DNA of 64,000 nt. Source: Bugula neritina (lineage: Eukaryota > Animalia > Bryozoa). Location of the stretch: positions 2,604,001-2,668,000 of the forward strand of contig OZ037772.1 in NCBI GenBank assembly GCA_964035545.1. Reading direction: 5' to 3'. Under the pieces are notes generated by a model that did not search any database, was not told the origin of the DNA, and saw nothing but the letters and a program-made list of their open reading frames with translations. The translations under genes were made by a program, and so were the position numbers. Shown piece by piece: positions 35,886 through 50,583 of the stretch. Numbering within the stretch: the stretch's first letter is position 1; every line of letters begins with the position of its first letter.

Positions 35886-38329
35886 AGAACTCACAAAACC
35901 AAGATGGAGGACCTTATGATTAGTGTTTTACTTTAAGGACTTTATGCAGAGTTGTTGCCCCCTGATCAGGAAACGGCGGTAGGTGGAGGTAGGTGCAGTA
36001 ATGGAAAAATTGAGGAAAACATGTGTTCTAGATTAGAAATATAGCACAAGAAGTTATTTTCTTGAAACTTCAACCCGCACCTTAAACCAAAATGCAATAA
36101 TAATGTTAAAGAACTTAGGCTATCTCAAGTACTCCACTACTGCTCCTAAGTGAGAAGGTGAGAATAGTTGAGAATAGGGAGTTGAGAGAATACTGGAGTT
36201 ACTTCAACTGGCAGCAAGAGTCAGCCATTATTACGTTGATAAGCAACAAGGCTATTAGTGACATTGATGTCTACTAACCCAACATAGTTTCTAATCTAGT
36301 TGTGGCCACAATGATCTCTTCGTCAGAGTCTTCTACTTTATATGCAAAGGAAAGGAGAACTCCGAACTCCACCTTCTCCTTGTAGCCCGGCACAGAGAGC
36401 ATAGTCCTTCCTGTCAACTCTACTTTGTCTACCTGCAATCAGTGATACAACTCTCTCAGACTATACAGGTCAAAGGTTAAACTGTAGTGTGTGCTTCTGA
36501 GTCAATGCGTTTGCATTCTTTTCTATTAGTTCATATAATGTATATGAATGCTCCTACGAATGAATATGTGGCTGTGGTCTCATTGATGTATTCATTCGAA
36601 GATAGTCATAATATGTAATATATCAGGCTGTGTCTGAATACTACTATTAGGTTAGTTACCACCAACACACAAGTCTCGCAGTGAATAAACAGTTGACGTG
36701 CACACAGCCGGGAGTCAGACTGATACTGTACGATATACCTCAATATCAGAGACGGCAGAGTTGAGAGTACAGGACCAGTTGACGAGTCGGTTAGCTCTGT
36801 AGATCACACCTTTCTCGTGCATTCTGATAAACGCTTCGTTCACCGCTTTCACAGATTTCTAATAAACAATTATAAATGAGTCATGTGTCAAGTGTGAACT
36901 GATTGGAGACCAGGCCTCATGATTAACCAATCATAGAGAGGATAACACACTGAGTCAGTAAACAGCCGACACGGCAGATAGACTCTACTACTCAAACATA
37001 ATATATGTATAGAGAGGATAACTCCTCACCTCATCCATAGTGAACGTAGTTCTGTCCCAGCCATAAAACCCGCCCACTTTCCTCAACTGATGGTAGATTC
37101 TGTCTCCTTTTCCATAGAAATTATATAATAACACTGACCAATCGTTGTGCTGCAAAACTTAGTTATATTAGCAACTTAAATAATGAGTCCAATGATAGAG
37201 TGTGATGAAGTAAACCTATATTTAACTTTTTGTATATTCAATTATATATAAGAATTTTATCATATTATCATATATATTATATATTATCTTATATCAAACT
37301 GTAGCAACTGCACACCAATAAGATAAAATAAAAACCCAAACCCGAATACTAAGTCGCTATGAAATGCATTTTCAAGATAAAATATTCCCTTACTGGTTCT
37401 TCCAGTCCCACACTCGTCTCACAAACTCATCTCGTCCCAAATCGTGTCGAGTTTTATTCTCTTCTCTAGCGAGTTTTTTCTCGACGACCACTTGAGTGGC
37501 TATTCCTGCGTGGTCACATCCGGGTACAAACAGTGTCACCTTCCCATTCATCCGGTGCCTGACAATACAGCAGAACTGACACCTGACAACACAAGCATAT
37601 CAGACACCTGTAGATATTCTGGAAAGGTGCTGAGAGAAATATCTGTGGTTGAAAAAACATCAATATGATAGATGAATGACTTATGCCAACCGGTACTTAC
37701 CACAAATTTTCTCAGCATTCAAAAAAGAATTAACAGGGGGATGTTCATAGCCTGTCTGTGGAATATCTCAAAGTGAGTTGGCAAGATGCCAAAATGTCAT
37801 GTAGTCACCACCAGAGGAATGGTGTCTACTGTTACATGCTATAAGCTACATACACCACCAGTTTAGTGACTAGGTAAGTACGGAGTTGTCTCATCTATAT
37901 GAATGAACATCTTACCACCGAACTATCGCATCCTCAACCGCCCCCGCGAGGGCGTGTCCTAGGTGAAGAGTCCTGGTCACATTAGGGGGAGGGATCAGGA
38001 TGATAAACTTCTCTTCAGGTGTGAGTTTCAGCACATCTCTACCTGTTACAAAGCAACCAATCACATCTCTCTCGGTTACAAAGTAACAAGCAACCAATCA
38101 CAGTACCTGTTACAACAGAGTAACAAATCACACCTCTACGTGTTAGAAGTAACCAATCACACATTATAGACTTTACTAGGATGAGAAGTGTACCTTTGAG
38201 ATTATACTCAGGTTTGAAGAACCCTTCCTTCTCCCACCAAAAGTACCAGGCAGCTTCCACATAGGACGGAGAGTAAGAATCAGGCATGGGACACGTCGTG
38301 TCTAGAATAACAGAAAACTATAAAGTATA

Positions 38330-38520
38330 GGGGAGCAGCTGTGGTCTAGGGGTTAGAGCGTTTGTCTAGTGAACACGAAGCCATTGTTTGACAAAGGCCA
38401 TTGTGATGTTAGGAAGAGCATCCAGTCATAATTGCTCCTGTGCCACATCTAAATAAGTCCTCAGCCTGTTTTAACAAAAATGCTTTCCACCAGGAGTCTC
38501 TCACAAGGGTGGTGACTATA
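38330..38520 (+). mobile_element. Degenerate tRNA-derived SINE; related head in reverse at ~63820-63895
   Basis: GTGGTCTAGGGGTTAGAGCG box-A-like head; the 63.8-kb copy shows TGGTCTAGGGG...CTAGTAAACACGAA...GGTTCGAGCC. Confidence 0.45.
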
Positions 38521-40914
38521 CACTGATATCTAAATATACTAAGTTGAGACTTGTCTTCTACTGGTCCATACAGTTCAAATGTGATAAACACATGTATAAA
38601 TACAATAATCTATTCATAGCCCATAGTCTAACCACCAACAAGGACGAATAAATAAGACGGTGGCCTGACACTACTACTACTACAACTTATATAACTTATA
38701 CACAGCAGATTGTTAGGAGTATTTGAATCTGAGGCTATCCAATGTATGAGTAGGGCAGCCCTAAATGTAGGATATTGGAATACGATGTCTTATTACTTCA
38801 GTCTAAAGCAGTGTTTATACCTTCACGATTTTCAGTCAGAAATTCAATTTTGCCGAGTTGCATTTCATTCTAAAAGCCAATCATCAAAATTTTTGCTTTG
38901 TACATGCTTAATCAAATAATTTTAGAGTAACAATCAAAAGGAATGATAACTCCTTTAGATATGGGGTATTCATGTTTATAATTACATCGGCTGTCTTTTT
39001 CAATTATCACTTTTATGCTGTCAACTTAATTTATTACGTTTTCAAAGGGCATCAAATAGTGATTAAGCGAGGTATATTTGAGTATTACAGAGTGAGCTTC
39101 CTTATTAATATGATTTCAACAATTTTAAGTAAGACTATAGAGGGGCGGGAAACACTGAACTCCTTTCAGTAAAGATAGAAACGCAACTTCAGTTTAAACT
39201 GCTTACACACATAACTGTGTGTTCACTACCGGGCAGTGTACACTGATAAATCAGTGCTTCAACTGAAACTTGTAAGTAAAAGAATGAAGAGCTCAATTGG
39301 GTATAAAATGTAGAGAATAATTGAACTGAACCTTTCTTATGGCCAACTGGTGTGTCCACGTTATACGTTACTACAGCCTTCTCCTTTTTCTCTTTCACTT
39401 TTTTCTAGAAAAAAAATCAAATTTGAAGAAAATAAAATGGAAATTGTTAGCTACAGATACAGACAACTTCCAGGTAAAAGTACAGCCATACAGTCGCAAT
39501 ACGAATATGTAATTCAAGTAACACTTTCATGTAGAAGTACAACCATAAATATGAATAGAAAGTAACACAAATATATACATTTAGGAGCCGTAGTGTAGAA
39601 ATTGAGATAGCCTAGGTTCTTTAATCTTATTATCAAATTTTGGTTTGGGGTTTGGGTTGAAATTCTTACAAAAACACAACTTCTTATGCTACATTTCTAA
39701 TCTAGAACACAGGCTTTCTCAATTTCTCCATTACTGCACCTACCTTAGTATATATAGAACCTGTAACTAACTAAACAGACACCTCAGTAGTCGTGGCAGA
39801 CTCTACCTTCTGTTTAGCCTGCTTAGCTTGAAACTTGGCTAGTTTAGCAGCTTTAGCAGCTTCTTTCTATAACCCTTTCTCAGATTTCACCTTGACCTCG
39901 CCAGTTGGCGCATCACCAGGGTTCACTTCCGACATGTTCGTTTATTGTGAGACTTTCCCTAAAACACAATCAGCCGGCATGGAACTAATAGATATCTCAA
40001 TACTAAACATACAAACTATTGACCCAGTATAGTTATAGACAGATATCTTAATACTAATAATATAAACTAATGGCTCAGTATTGCCTTAGTTATGCGTGGG
40101 GGTTCAGTGATAAAACTCCTATAAACCACACAGTTCAATAATGAAAGACTGTGACTTTTCACGAACAGACATCTCATCTCTGATTCTAATGAAAAATCAC
40201 GAAATTTTCAGACAAACGATACTGCATTTTAACTTTGTGACTATCACATGATAATAATCGTTGTCATTTGAAAGATTCTGCTAAAATCGAAATGCCAATG
40301 TTAATCACAAGGTCAACCATAAATGACTCAGTCTGATGGCTGACGGTTATGCTTAATGATTAATTAGTAATATGAATCGATTACAAGTGATTAGCATGAT
40401 GATGGTGATGATTGCTTTTCACCATCAAAGGTCAAACTTTGTAATTGCAGCTTGAAATGTAAAATCAAATAATATTACTTTTATTTAATTATACAAGTAT
40501 AACTTACTATCATAACAACATTCAACTTTATGTAGTCATTATGAACATGATAACGGTTTACCTTTTACTTTAGGTGATAATTATACTATTCACGATTATC
40601 ATTATGTCTACCATTATGATTATCTCAACTTTAACTTATCAATTACGATAATTAACCATTTGTTTTAATGATAAAAACTTAAATCATTGAATGAACATTA
40701 AAAATGATTTAATTTCACACTTTTATTATCATAACTATGAAATTAATATTGATAGGCATATTTGATTTTTAGATTACAATAATAATTATCAAATCATGGT
40801 ATAGAATTAAATAATTATTATAGTTAATATTATTATAAATATAATTAATATAATTGTATTTATTGAAACTAAAATAGTAAGGTAAACTAAATGAATTATC
40901 GACATGAGTATGAG

Positions 40915-41295
40915 TAGGCCACAACTAGAAGGTGCAGCAGCAATTTGAGATCCCCGTTTGCAATACTTCATCAAAGGTATAGAACAGGTGCAAAATAATG
41001 CAATCAGATTCATTGCTAAATTGAAAGGCAGAGACAGTATCACTGTGGCACGTGACAAACTATACCTAGAATCTCTCCCCGACAGACGCTTCAAGCTGAG
41101 GCACAAGTTACTGTTGCGACTTCTATCTAATGAGGGAAATCAGGCATCTCTAACCAACTCCTATGAACTGATGAACAGTAAAACCTAAAATACTAGATTT
41201 ACTAAGGCATCAAGCAGGGACGATCCCCCAACCATTTTTGCAAAATCAGCAGCCTACTACAGCAGCTTCTTTCCAAAAACAGCCCGAGAGCTTAA
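40915..41295 (+). mobile_element. 3' fragment of a CR1/L2-type LINE ORF2
   Basis: RPQLE....DP....IKGIEQVQNNAIRFI...L.LESLPDRR and SFFPKT resemble the conserved post-RT tail RPxLEY..WDP....IE.VQRRA.R / SFFPRT; interrupted by stops. Confidence 0.7.
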
Positions 41296-42794
41296 GTCTA
41301 TGCTAAATAATTAGTCAATGCACCAGAGTTGTATATGTGCAACATACTGAAAATACTTGCTAGCCTGTAATCAGCAACTGTAGAGGTGTGCCTCTTGCTA
41401 CATGCTCTAATGCGTGTAAGAGGTAAGAGGACTATCAATATGACTATCAATATTAGTAGGAGTACCCAAGTACCAGTAGACATAGTAGCTGTAGAAAGTC
41501 TATCCCAATCAGTAACTGTAAGCCGTGAGGAATATAAAAAACTATAACTTGAGTATAACTAATTGAAGGTGAGTTAACATAAATTAAAAAATAATAAATA
41601 TAATTACTAAAAAATCAAAATGAAATATGGTTTATAAATATTTATATTTTTATTTTATAATAATTTTTAAATTTATTTATATCATTTCATTTAGGTTCAT
41701 CACCTTTCATTATGATTAATGAAATTCATGAATCATATTCATAACGATATGATAATCACTTAAAAAAATGAAAAGTGATAAACCCATAATGATAATCATA
41801 ATGATGATTATTATTATCATTTATCGCTTATCAGTGATAATCATAATCATAATGATAATCTTGATCATAATCAATATGAATATCAATATCATGTTATACT
41901 TATTCAATAATTATAACTGATTGATTCTTATTCATATTAATAATGAATAAAGAATTATATGAACACTACAACTTACTTAATTAGAGTATTACTTATTACT
42001 ATTAGTATAAGTATTAGTATTACTATTACTATTACCATTAGTATTACTTACAACTTGCTTATGCAAGAGAATTAAATCTTTAAAGCGTAGCATCCTTTTC
42101 AAGCAAAATAAGGATAATAAGTTTCGTCAAATTGAGTTAAAAACTACAACTTATAAGTCACAAGTATAAAGCAACTTATGCTCAGTCATCACTAATCCTA
42201 GTGGGTACGGCAAGCATATAGCATAATTTATTTCCCAATGCGACAAGATTATCTAGACGGTGCGCTTACGCCTCTCATTGTACTTAAGCAATATCCAATT
42301 GTACGGTTCTTATGACTTTAAAATCCGTTTTTGAGAAGCAAGGCTAGATAGAAGCAGTGTGGTATATTAAGAGTGTTGCCATTAGCAAATCTTACGGAAT
42401 CATATGGGCGCCATTATGCCGAGATTGGTAACGCGAGTTTATATAAGTTATATTGGAAAACTTTTGCCACTTTTGTTATTTTATTTTTTTTCTATTTTAT
42501 GTGTACATTTTTTTTAATTTTGTTTATTGGTAAAGTTTTTAAACACATTTTTAATGCACATAAAATTAAAAGAAAAATTAAAACTCAATCATGCACATAA
42601 ATACAAAGCTATAAAGTTAAAGCTTCGCTGTGATTACAATGTGAATATGAATTGAATAATGCTTGCAATAACCATTATACACAAAATACGCTACAGTTGC
42701 TATAAATGTAAGACTAGTTAATTGGATGCAAATAGGCACGGTAATACTATTTAATTTATGCTATTTTTGAATTTTGTAGTAAATATTTGGCATG

Positions 42795-43750
<956 letters not shown>

Positions 43751-44436
43751 TACATGCCGAATATTTACTACAAATTTCAAAAATAGCATAAATTAAATAG
43801 TATTACCGTGCCTATTTGCATCCAATTTACTAGTCTAACATTTATAGCAACTGTAACGTATTGTTATAGTTTTCAGATTTAGGGTTGATGTGCCACCAAG
43901 AGAGTCTATTTAACACTAGAGAAACTTCACCAATTAAGTCGAGTAGATATCGTTATATTTAATACAAGAATACATAATAAAATCCAATGTACAACAGTAA
44001 TGATACGCACGTCTATTTAATTTACAGCACCATTCTCAACTGAGCTAGTAGCGCGAAGCTGCTACTATTACTCATAAAACAGCCTAGCTAATTGGCTAAT
44101 ACATTGTTCCGGGTCAATACGCAACCTTGCGTATTGTGTTGCTGGTAGCTCCACGAGCCACCACACTGCCCCCTCCAGCAGAAAGCCCACTTTCTGATAA
44201 AATAAAATTCACATAAAAAAACGTATACTTCGTTGTGGGGGGGGGTAAGAGAACAGTATAAAAGGATATACAAAAAAAACAACAACTGATAAAATATACA
44301 GGTATATATAACGTGCACACTAAGTAATAAGCAAGAGAAGGTCCTATCTACATGTAGAGTACGTGCCACCATTACGGTAGGAAATGCCACAGAGAGGTAG
44401 GGGAATGAGTAGTATGGAGTTGTAGGTAGACTCGAG

Positions 44437-45509
44437 TTAACTGCGGGCCGCACGCTTCATGCGTTTAATAGACTCCTGTAAATATTTGAGTTCACTGGAT
44501 GCAGCCTGCACCCGTGGGGCCAGCCTGTACACTTCTTGCTCCAAGTCGTGCGCCCTAGCTTCTACTTCACGTAGGTTGCGGGCCAAGGGGGACGAGCGAG
44601 AGGAAGTCGGCTGTCTGTGTCTTTTCTGCTCTGAGGATGGAAGGGGAGGAGGGAGTGTATACGCATTTGTGTCTACCCTCTGTAGTACGACACGAGGAAA
44701 GGTATGCGGCATGCGTAGAGGACTGTGAGGTGGAGAGTTAGTAGACTGGGTAGGTTTATCTGCGGCTCCAGAGATGATGGGTCGCGGGGAAGGGAAGCCT
44801 TGCTCCAGGCGAGATAGCCGAGCTGAGTCAGTGATGAGTGGTTTGATGGCGTTGAGAAAGGCAGGATAGGATGATTCGTCTACTTCATAGACATGGCCTT
44901 GATAACACTGCATAGTACGTTGGTGCCGCAATAGGTAATCACGATTGTAGCTATATTCTCCGCAAGGGCAGAAAGTGGTGATGTAGTGCTGCGGCAAGTG
45001 TACTTCTAGTCTGCGCTGGGTTGTGAATCGCTGCTGGCAGAGGTTGCATTCACCATTACTCTCACCTCCTTGATGGGTCCTGATTTCTCTCTCTGTGGCA
45101 GGGGTAATCCAGTTGGAGGTTGCTTCCAACTGGGGTGGTAGTTGCCTGGTTGTAGAAGTTGTTGGGCCGGCTCTGGGTCCCACGCCATCTCTAGAGAAGG
45201 CATGCCCGGAGAGACGGGCGCGAGTGTGTCTACAAAAGTAGAATTATTGTTAGATCGCGGTGGATCTTTACAACATAATTCTAGTGACTGTCGACCGTTG
45301 CTAGCCCGAGAGTCACAGCTTTTGGAATGCACTCGAGGAACTGATGAATCATGTGTGGACTGACCAAGAACAGTGTCTAGCTCCAGGTCTAACAGACCGT
45401 CGGCCATTACAGTGTCTTCATCGTCATTCACATGAAACGTGGTTCCCAGTAATTCTGATTCAATCTGCTGAATTAGTTCAGAACTTACTGGCATCGAGCC
45501 CGTTTCCAT
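44437..45509 (-). pseudogene. ORF3 of copy C, 1-bp frameshift near 45165
   Basis: ORFs 45006-45509 and 44437-45183 together reconstitute the 357-aa protein. Confidence 0.88.
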
Positions 45510-45526
45510 GAATAGGAATACAAGAC

Positions 45527-48500
45527 TTATACTGGCTTACCTGGGAACTCGGTATTATTGTCCATACTCAACGTTCTTGGTAAGGTTGGAGCTGGTTGTG
45601 AGATACGTCTGCCTTTGGCGATGTCAGCATAAGAAAAGGCTGAGCATCGTTTCTGAGGCACGAGGTCGGAACTATTTGCTTTACGCGCATTAATTCCTCC
45701 CACTATTCCGCCCTCGCAAAAGTTGATATTTGCGTGGGGTTCACAACTCCAACATTTTATCGTACGGTTTTCCCCTAGACTTTCATGTGCGCCGCTTCTA
45801 ATGCAGTCACATATGAAGTCTTTCAAATACGGTGGGGGTTTCCTCGTACGCTGTCCCCTTTCTAGGGGGGGTGACACGCTTGCCGGTTCGTTAGTAGGGG
45901 CCTCTAATGGCGTCTCTACTTCACCGTTAGCGGTCACCTCTTCCTGTTCTCCGGATGGAGCCCCTCCCTCCGTGGGGGTTTGCACTTCTGGAACCGGCTC
46001 GGTTTCTGGAAGTGATGGAATTAGACTTGGCGGTGGCGGACACGCTTCTGTTGACAAAAGCTGCCGCTCCTATCTCACCAAGTTTTCCTCCCGCGGTATG
46101 ACCACTTCGTATTCAGGTCCATGCCGCCGTCGCCCGCGCGTCGTTGTCTGCCTCCTGGGCTCTAACAACGGGGGGGCTTCTCCCACTCCGTCAGGGCTAG
46201 CCCAATACGGTTTCAAGCGAGACTCATTCTGGACAGACACCTGTCCTGAGCGCTCAATCTTGTACGTATGATTGGGCATAGCCTCGACGACCACGTAGGG
46301 GCTTACGAACTTAGGCTTCAGTTTATCAGCCTGTCCGCGACGCCTACGGTAATTGACCATCCACACCTTATCTCCCGTTTGATAGAGAGGTGGTTCATCG
46401 GAATCTTCGTGCCGCACCTTCCACTGTTGTTGACGCAGTATATCGTGTGCGGCCTTCATCCGTTCCACTAGTTCACTGGCATACTCGTGAACCGAGTTGT
46501 CTTGCTCTGGAACGTGATAGGTGAGATGGTCAGGGACACGAGTCTCTCTCCCGAGCATCAAGAGGTTTGGGGTCTCACCAGTACTGGTGTGTGGGGTGCT
46601 ACGGTATGCACGCATAACTTGCGGCAACACCGTATCCCATTCCTCTTGACCTCGTCCAAGGAGGAGACTCCGGAGTGCATCACCTAGCATCCGGTTGTTG
46701 CGCTCCACCACCCCGTTACCTTGAGGGTGGTAGGGGGTGGTCCTGCTCTGATTTACTCCCCAGAGGTGGCAAAGGTCGCTCATCAGTTGAGACTGGAATT
46801 GAGCGCCTTGATCAGAGTGTATCTGTTCGGGAAGCCCAAAATAACAGAATACATGTTGGTCTAGTGCCCTGGCCACTGTTGGGGCTGATGCATCTGGGAT
46901 AGCCAGAGCATCCGCCCACCTAGTAAAGTGGTCGGTTAGTACTAGGATCCAATTATTGCCTCTGGGGGTCAGGGGCATGGGTCCGACCAGGTCTACAGCG
47001 ACTACTTGCCAGGGCCTACCAGCATATAGCCTCCGCCGTCCTGCTTCACCAGGGGGGCGGCTATGCTTACTGGCCTGGCAGATCTCACACTGTTTGACTC
47101 TGAGCCGGACGTCACGCTCCATCTGCGGCCAATACCACCGGAGTCGTAATTTGGATATCACTCGCTTGACCCCTGCGTGGGCCTGCTTGTGAGTATCCCA
47201 AATCAACTCACGGCGGATGGCTGTGGGGCAGACTACCCTCTTCCTTTCCGGGTGTCTGCCGCTGGCAGCTAGAGAGATGGTTAGCAACCCATCCTGCCCG
47301 ATCCGCAGCGAGTCCCAACGCTGACAGTATAGCCGGAACTCGGCGCATCCCTGTCGTATGCGTTCCTCGCTGGGTCGTCGCCCTTCCCTTTTGGCCCGGT
47401 ATATGTCTGCCACGACTCCAGGCAGCTCTTCTTGGAGCTTCTTCAGCTCTCGAACATTACCGGCCAGTACAGGGTTGGCGCGGAGGTTTTGTACATCTTC
47501 CGGGGACTCATCAACTCTTTGCCTGAGTTGACCTTGATCCCAGTCAAACGGTGCTCCGTGATGAGCCAGCGTCTCCAACTCGCATCGTGGGGGACCTCTA
47601 TCCCTCCTCTCGATGTTGAGACACTGTTTGCAACCTCCGTCAGGTCGGCGACTCAACCCATCCGCATTGCTGTGTCTCTTGCCCAGTCGGTGTTCGATCC
47701 GGTACGAGAATTCAGCTAGGATTTCGAGCCACCGGGCGACCTGACTAGAGGGCTCTGCTCTCCTGCACAACCATATCAGCGAGGCATGATTCGTACGCAG
47801 CCGGAACTTCCTGCCATATAGGTATGGTCTGAAGTGCTTCACTGACTTGATTACTGCCAGCAGCTCCATGCGGGTAGTGCAGTAATTTCGTTCAGCGGGA
47901 GAGAGAGACTTGCTGTAGTAGGCTACTACTACCTCTCGGCCTTCCTGCACTTGTGACAGCACAGCGCCAACATTCTAGTCACTGGCGTCCGTGTCTAGGA
48001 TGTACTCCAGAGTGGGGTCCGGGTAGGCCAAGATGGGCGCCGTTAGGAGGCAGCCCTTGAGGCGGTCGAACGCTTCTTGTTCGACTGGAGTCCACTGCCA
48101 CGTCACTCCCTTTGCGGTAAGCCGATTTAACGGCTGGGCTATGCCCGCAAAGTCTGGTATGTATTGCCTGTAATACCCTACCAGCCCCAAGAAAGCCCGG
48201 AGTCCGGTCAAGTCTTGGGGGGTGACCCAGTCTTCTACCGCCCGTACCTTTTCGGGATCCGTTGCCACACCGTTTCGACCGACAACGTGCCCCAGGTACT
48301 TGACCTCCGGCTGCAACAGAGCGCACTTGGAAGGTTTGAGCTTAAGACCGGCACCTCGGAGTCTCTCGAAAACCTCCTGCAGACGACTGACATGTGTCTC
48401 GAAGTCTGGAGAGATTACGATGACATCATCGAGGTAGACCAGCAGTGTCTTCCAATGGAGTCCGCTAAGGACTTGTTCCATCAGCCTCTGGAAGGTGGCT

Positions 48501-50152
48501 GGGGCGGAGGTTAACCCGAAGGGCAGCACCTTCCACTTCCACAAACCGTCCCGTGTGATAAACGCCGCTTTCTCTTGGGCGTCGGGACTCAGAGGAACTT
48601 GCCAATAGCCGCTTAGCAAGTCTAACGTACTGAAGTACTTGCTGCCGGCTAGGGCGTCCAATGACTCGTCAATACGAGGTAGAGGGTAGGCGTCCTGTAT
48701 GGTTACGCTATTGAGTTTGCGGTAGTCCACACAGAACCGCCAACTGCCGTCTTTCTTCCGGACCAGTACGACTGGCAAGCTCCACGCACTATGGGCGGGC
48801 TCTATCAGTCCCCGGTCCAGAAGATCCCGTACTTGTCGGCTAACCTCCCTCTCTTTCTCCGGCCCCAGCCTGCGCGTGGGCTGCCGGACAGGGACTGTCC
48901 CTGCAGTCAGCGGTATTTCGTGTCTGACAATTCCAGTCAGTCCCACGTCATTCTCTCCGCTGCTGAACACATCACCGTAGTCGCGTAGTAACTTGGCCAT
49001 AGCTTGGCGTTCTCTGTTACTCGCGCAGCCGCCACTGGCTGTTTCGTATAACTCCCGGAGATGTGTTGGGACTGCCCCTCATCCCTGAATAGGGTGTCGA
49101 AGGGGTGCCTCCGTCGCGACACCCAGCGACGGGCCCACGTCCTCTCCCTGGACGTAATGGAACCGGCCCAGCATTGACCCAGCTGGGAGCTCAATGGGCT
49201 CGGTAAAGGGGTTGACGCACTGCACTAAGACCTCCCCTCGCTCAGTTAGTCGGTGTAAACTACTGGCGAGTTGGATCTTTTCGTGCGCGCTCTCAACGAC
49301 CCCGAGCCTGGCTATCCGGTTGCTGTTCACTCGGCAGTGGATAGTAGCTCTGGAGCGTCCGGGTACGGTGCAGTTTCGAACTACCTGAACACCACCCACC
49401 AGAGGACGCCCAAAGTTATCCACACAGGCGAGTTCTCGCCCGCCCATCAGCACCACCGACTTACTAAAATCTATTCGGCACTGGTGTTGCTTCAAGAAGG
49501 GCATTCCGAGGATAGCATCTTCCTCCAGTTGACCTATGATAAAGGTCTCCTGTACAGCCTGATCTCGGACACGCCCAGGGAGCTCGATAATACCATAAAA
49601 GGGGATACATGACCCGTCTGCCAGGGTGCCATGTTCTCCAGTATACGGTCGTACTCTATCCCTGTCCCGGCGGGGCAGTGCCTCAAAGACTCTACGGCTG
49701 AGAAGGTTGGTAGTACAACCGGAGTCGAGCAGGATAGTGACGGCGTTGCCGGCCACCTTTCCGGGTAGGAAATAGCTCTCTCCATGTGGTTGTACTTTCA
49801 CCTCCCCCGCATGTGCTGTCCTGGTTTGACAGGACGGCGGGGGTTTCACCCGTGGTTTACGGGGCTTCCGGCGGCGAGGTTGGTGCCGGCGGGGTTTGGG
49901 CCTCTCCACTGGGCCTTCTGGCTCCATTTCAGTGGCGGGCTCCTCCTCCCGAGGTAACCGGTGAAACCGGTTAGCGAGTGGCAGGGAGAAGGTACTGGGC
50001 CGTTGTGCGGGCCTACTAGTCCTGCGTGGTACCTGCCACTCGGGTGGAATGTTCCGCCGTGTCCGTACGGACAGACGACGGCGTGTTCCACCATACTCCT
50101 TTAGTTGCGGCCTGCGGGGAGGGAGAGTGTCCGCGGGCCGTGACAGTTTAAC
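45527..50152 (-). pseudogene. pol: pol of copy C, disabled
   Basis: PR/RT/RH/IN motifs; in-frame stops at 49079, 47975, 46070. Confidence 0.95.
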
Positions 50153-50583
50153 GCCCCCTGGTATTGGGGTCGTCCTTTCTGTCCCTGGTCCTGATCAGCG
50201 CTACTCCAGCCTTGCCCCACAGGCGTTGGGGGTATCCGCAAGGCCTGACCGGGGCCAGCGCCGGCCAGAATGGTTACCAATTGTCCCAGCATCTCTACCA
50301 TACGGTCCACTTCGGCTTCCAGCGGGAGGGCTTCGGAGCCTGTCGTAGCCCTGGCAGCGCTGACTCCAACTACTGGTGGGTTCCTTTGTGCTCGATGCAT
50401 TTGGGTAGCCAACAGGTAAGCTTCTCCAGCCTTCAGGGCATCCTCTATTCTGGTTATCCCTTTAGCTCGAGCTTTCAAGCAATGTCTATAAGCTTCTTCT
50501 CCTTCACGATTCACAGGATTAACAGCATTTCTACGCTCACCTTCTACTGGGGGTGGTTGCATTCTAGCATTTTCAGTCTCCAT
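50101..50583 (-). pseudogene. gag: gag of copy C with a 384-nt in-frame deletion of the capsid core
   Basis: RHCLKA joins directly to RAKGITR; 160 aa vs 288 aa. Confidence 0.9.

Larger units (their letters stand above)
31807..39935 (-). pseudogene. VARS: Unprocessed (intron-containing) cytosolic valyl-tRNA synthetase pseudogene, 3'-truncated before KMSKS
   Basis: Exons encode [78 protein letters not shown]; in-frame stops at 39867, 34756, 33615; frameshifts near 32830 and 31880; mutated acceptor near 37112. Confidence 0.92.

Noticed and set aside
35985-39745. Inverted pair 35985-36130 / 39610-39745 as long TIRs
   Set aside because: Two diverged copies of an interspersed repeat in different introns; they enclose ordinary ValRS exons and lack a TSD
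31807-39935. Functional ValRS gene
   Set aside because: At least three in-frame stops, two frameshifts, G>R next to the HIGH motif, and missing C-terminal exons
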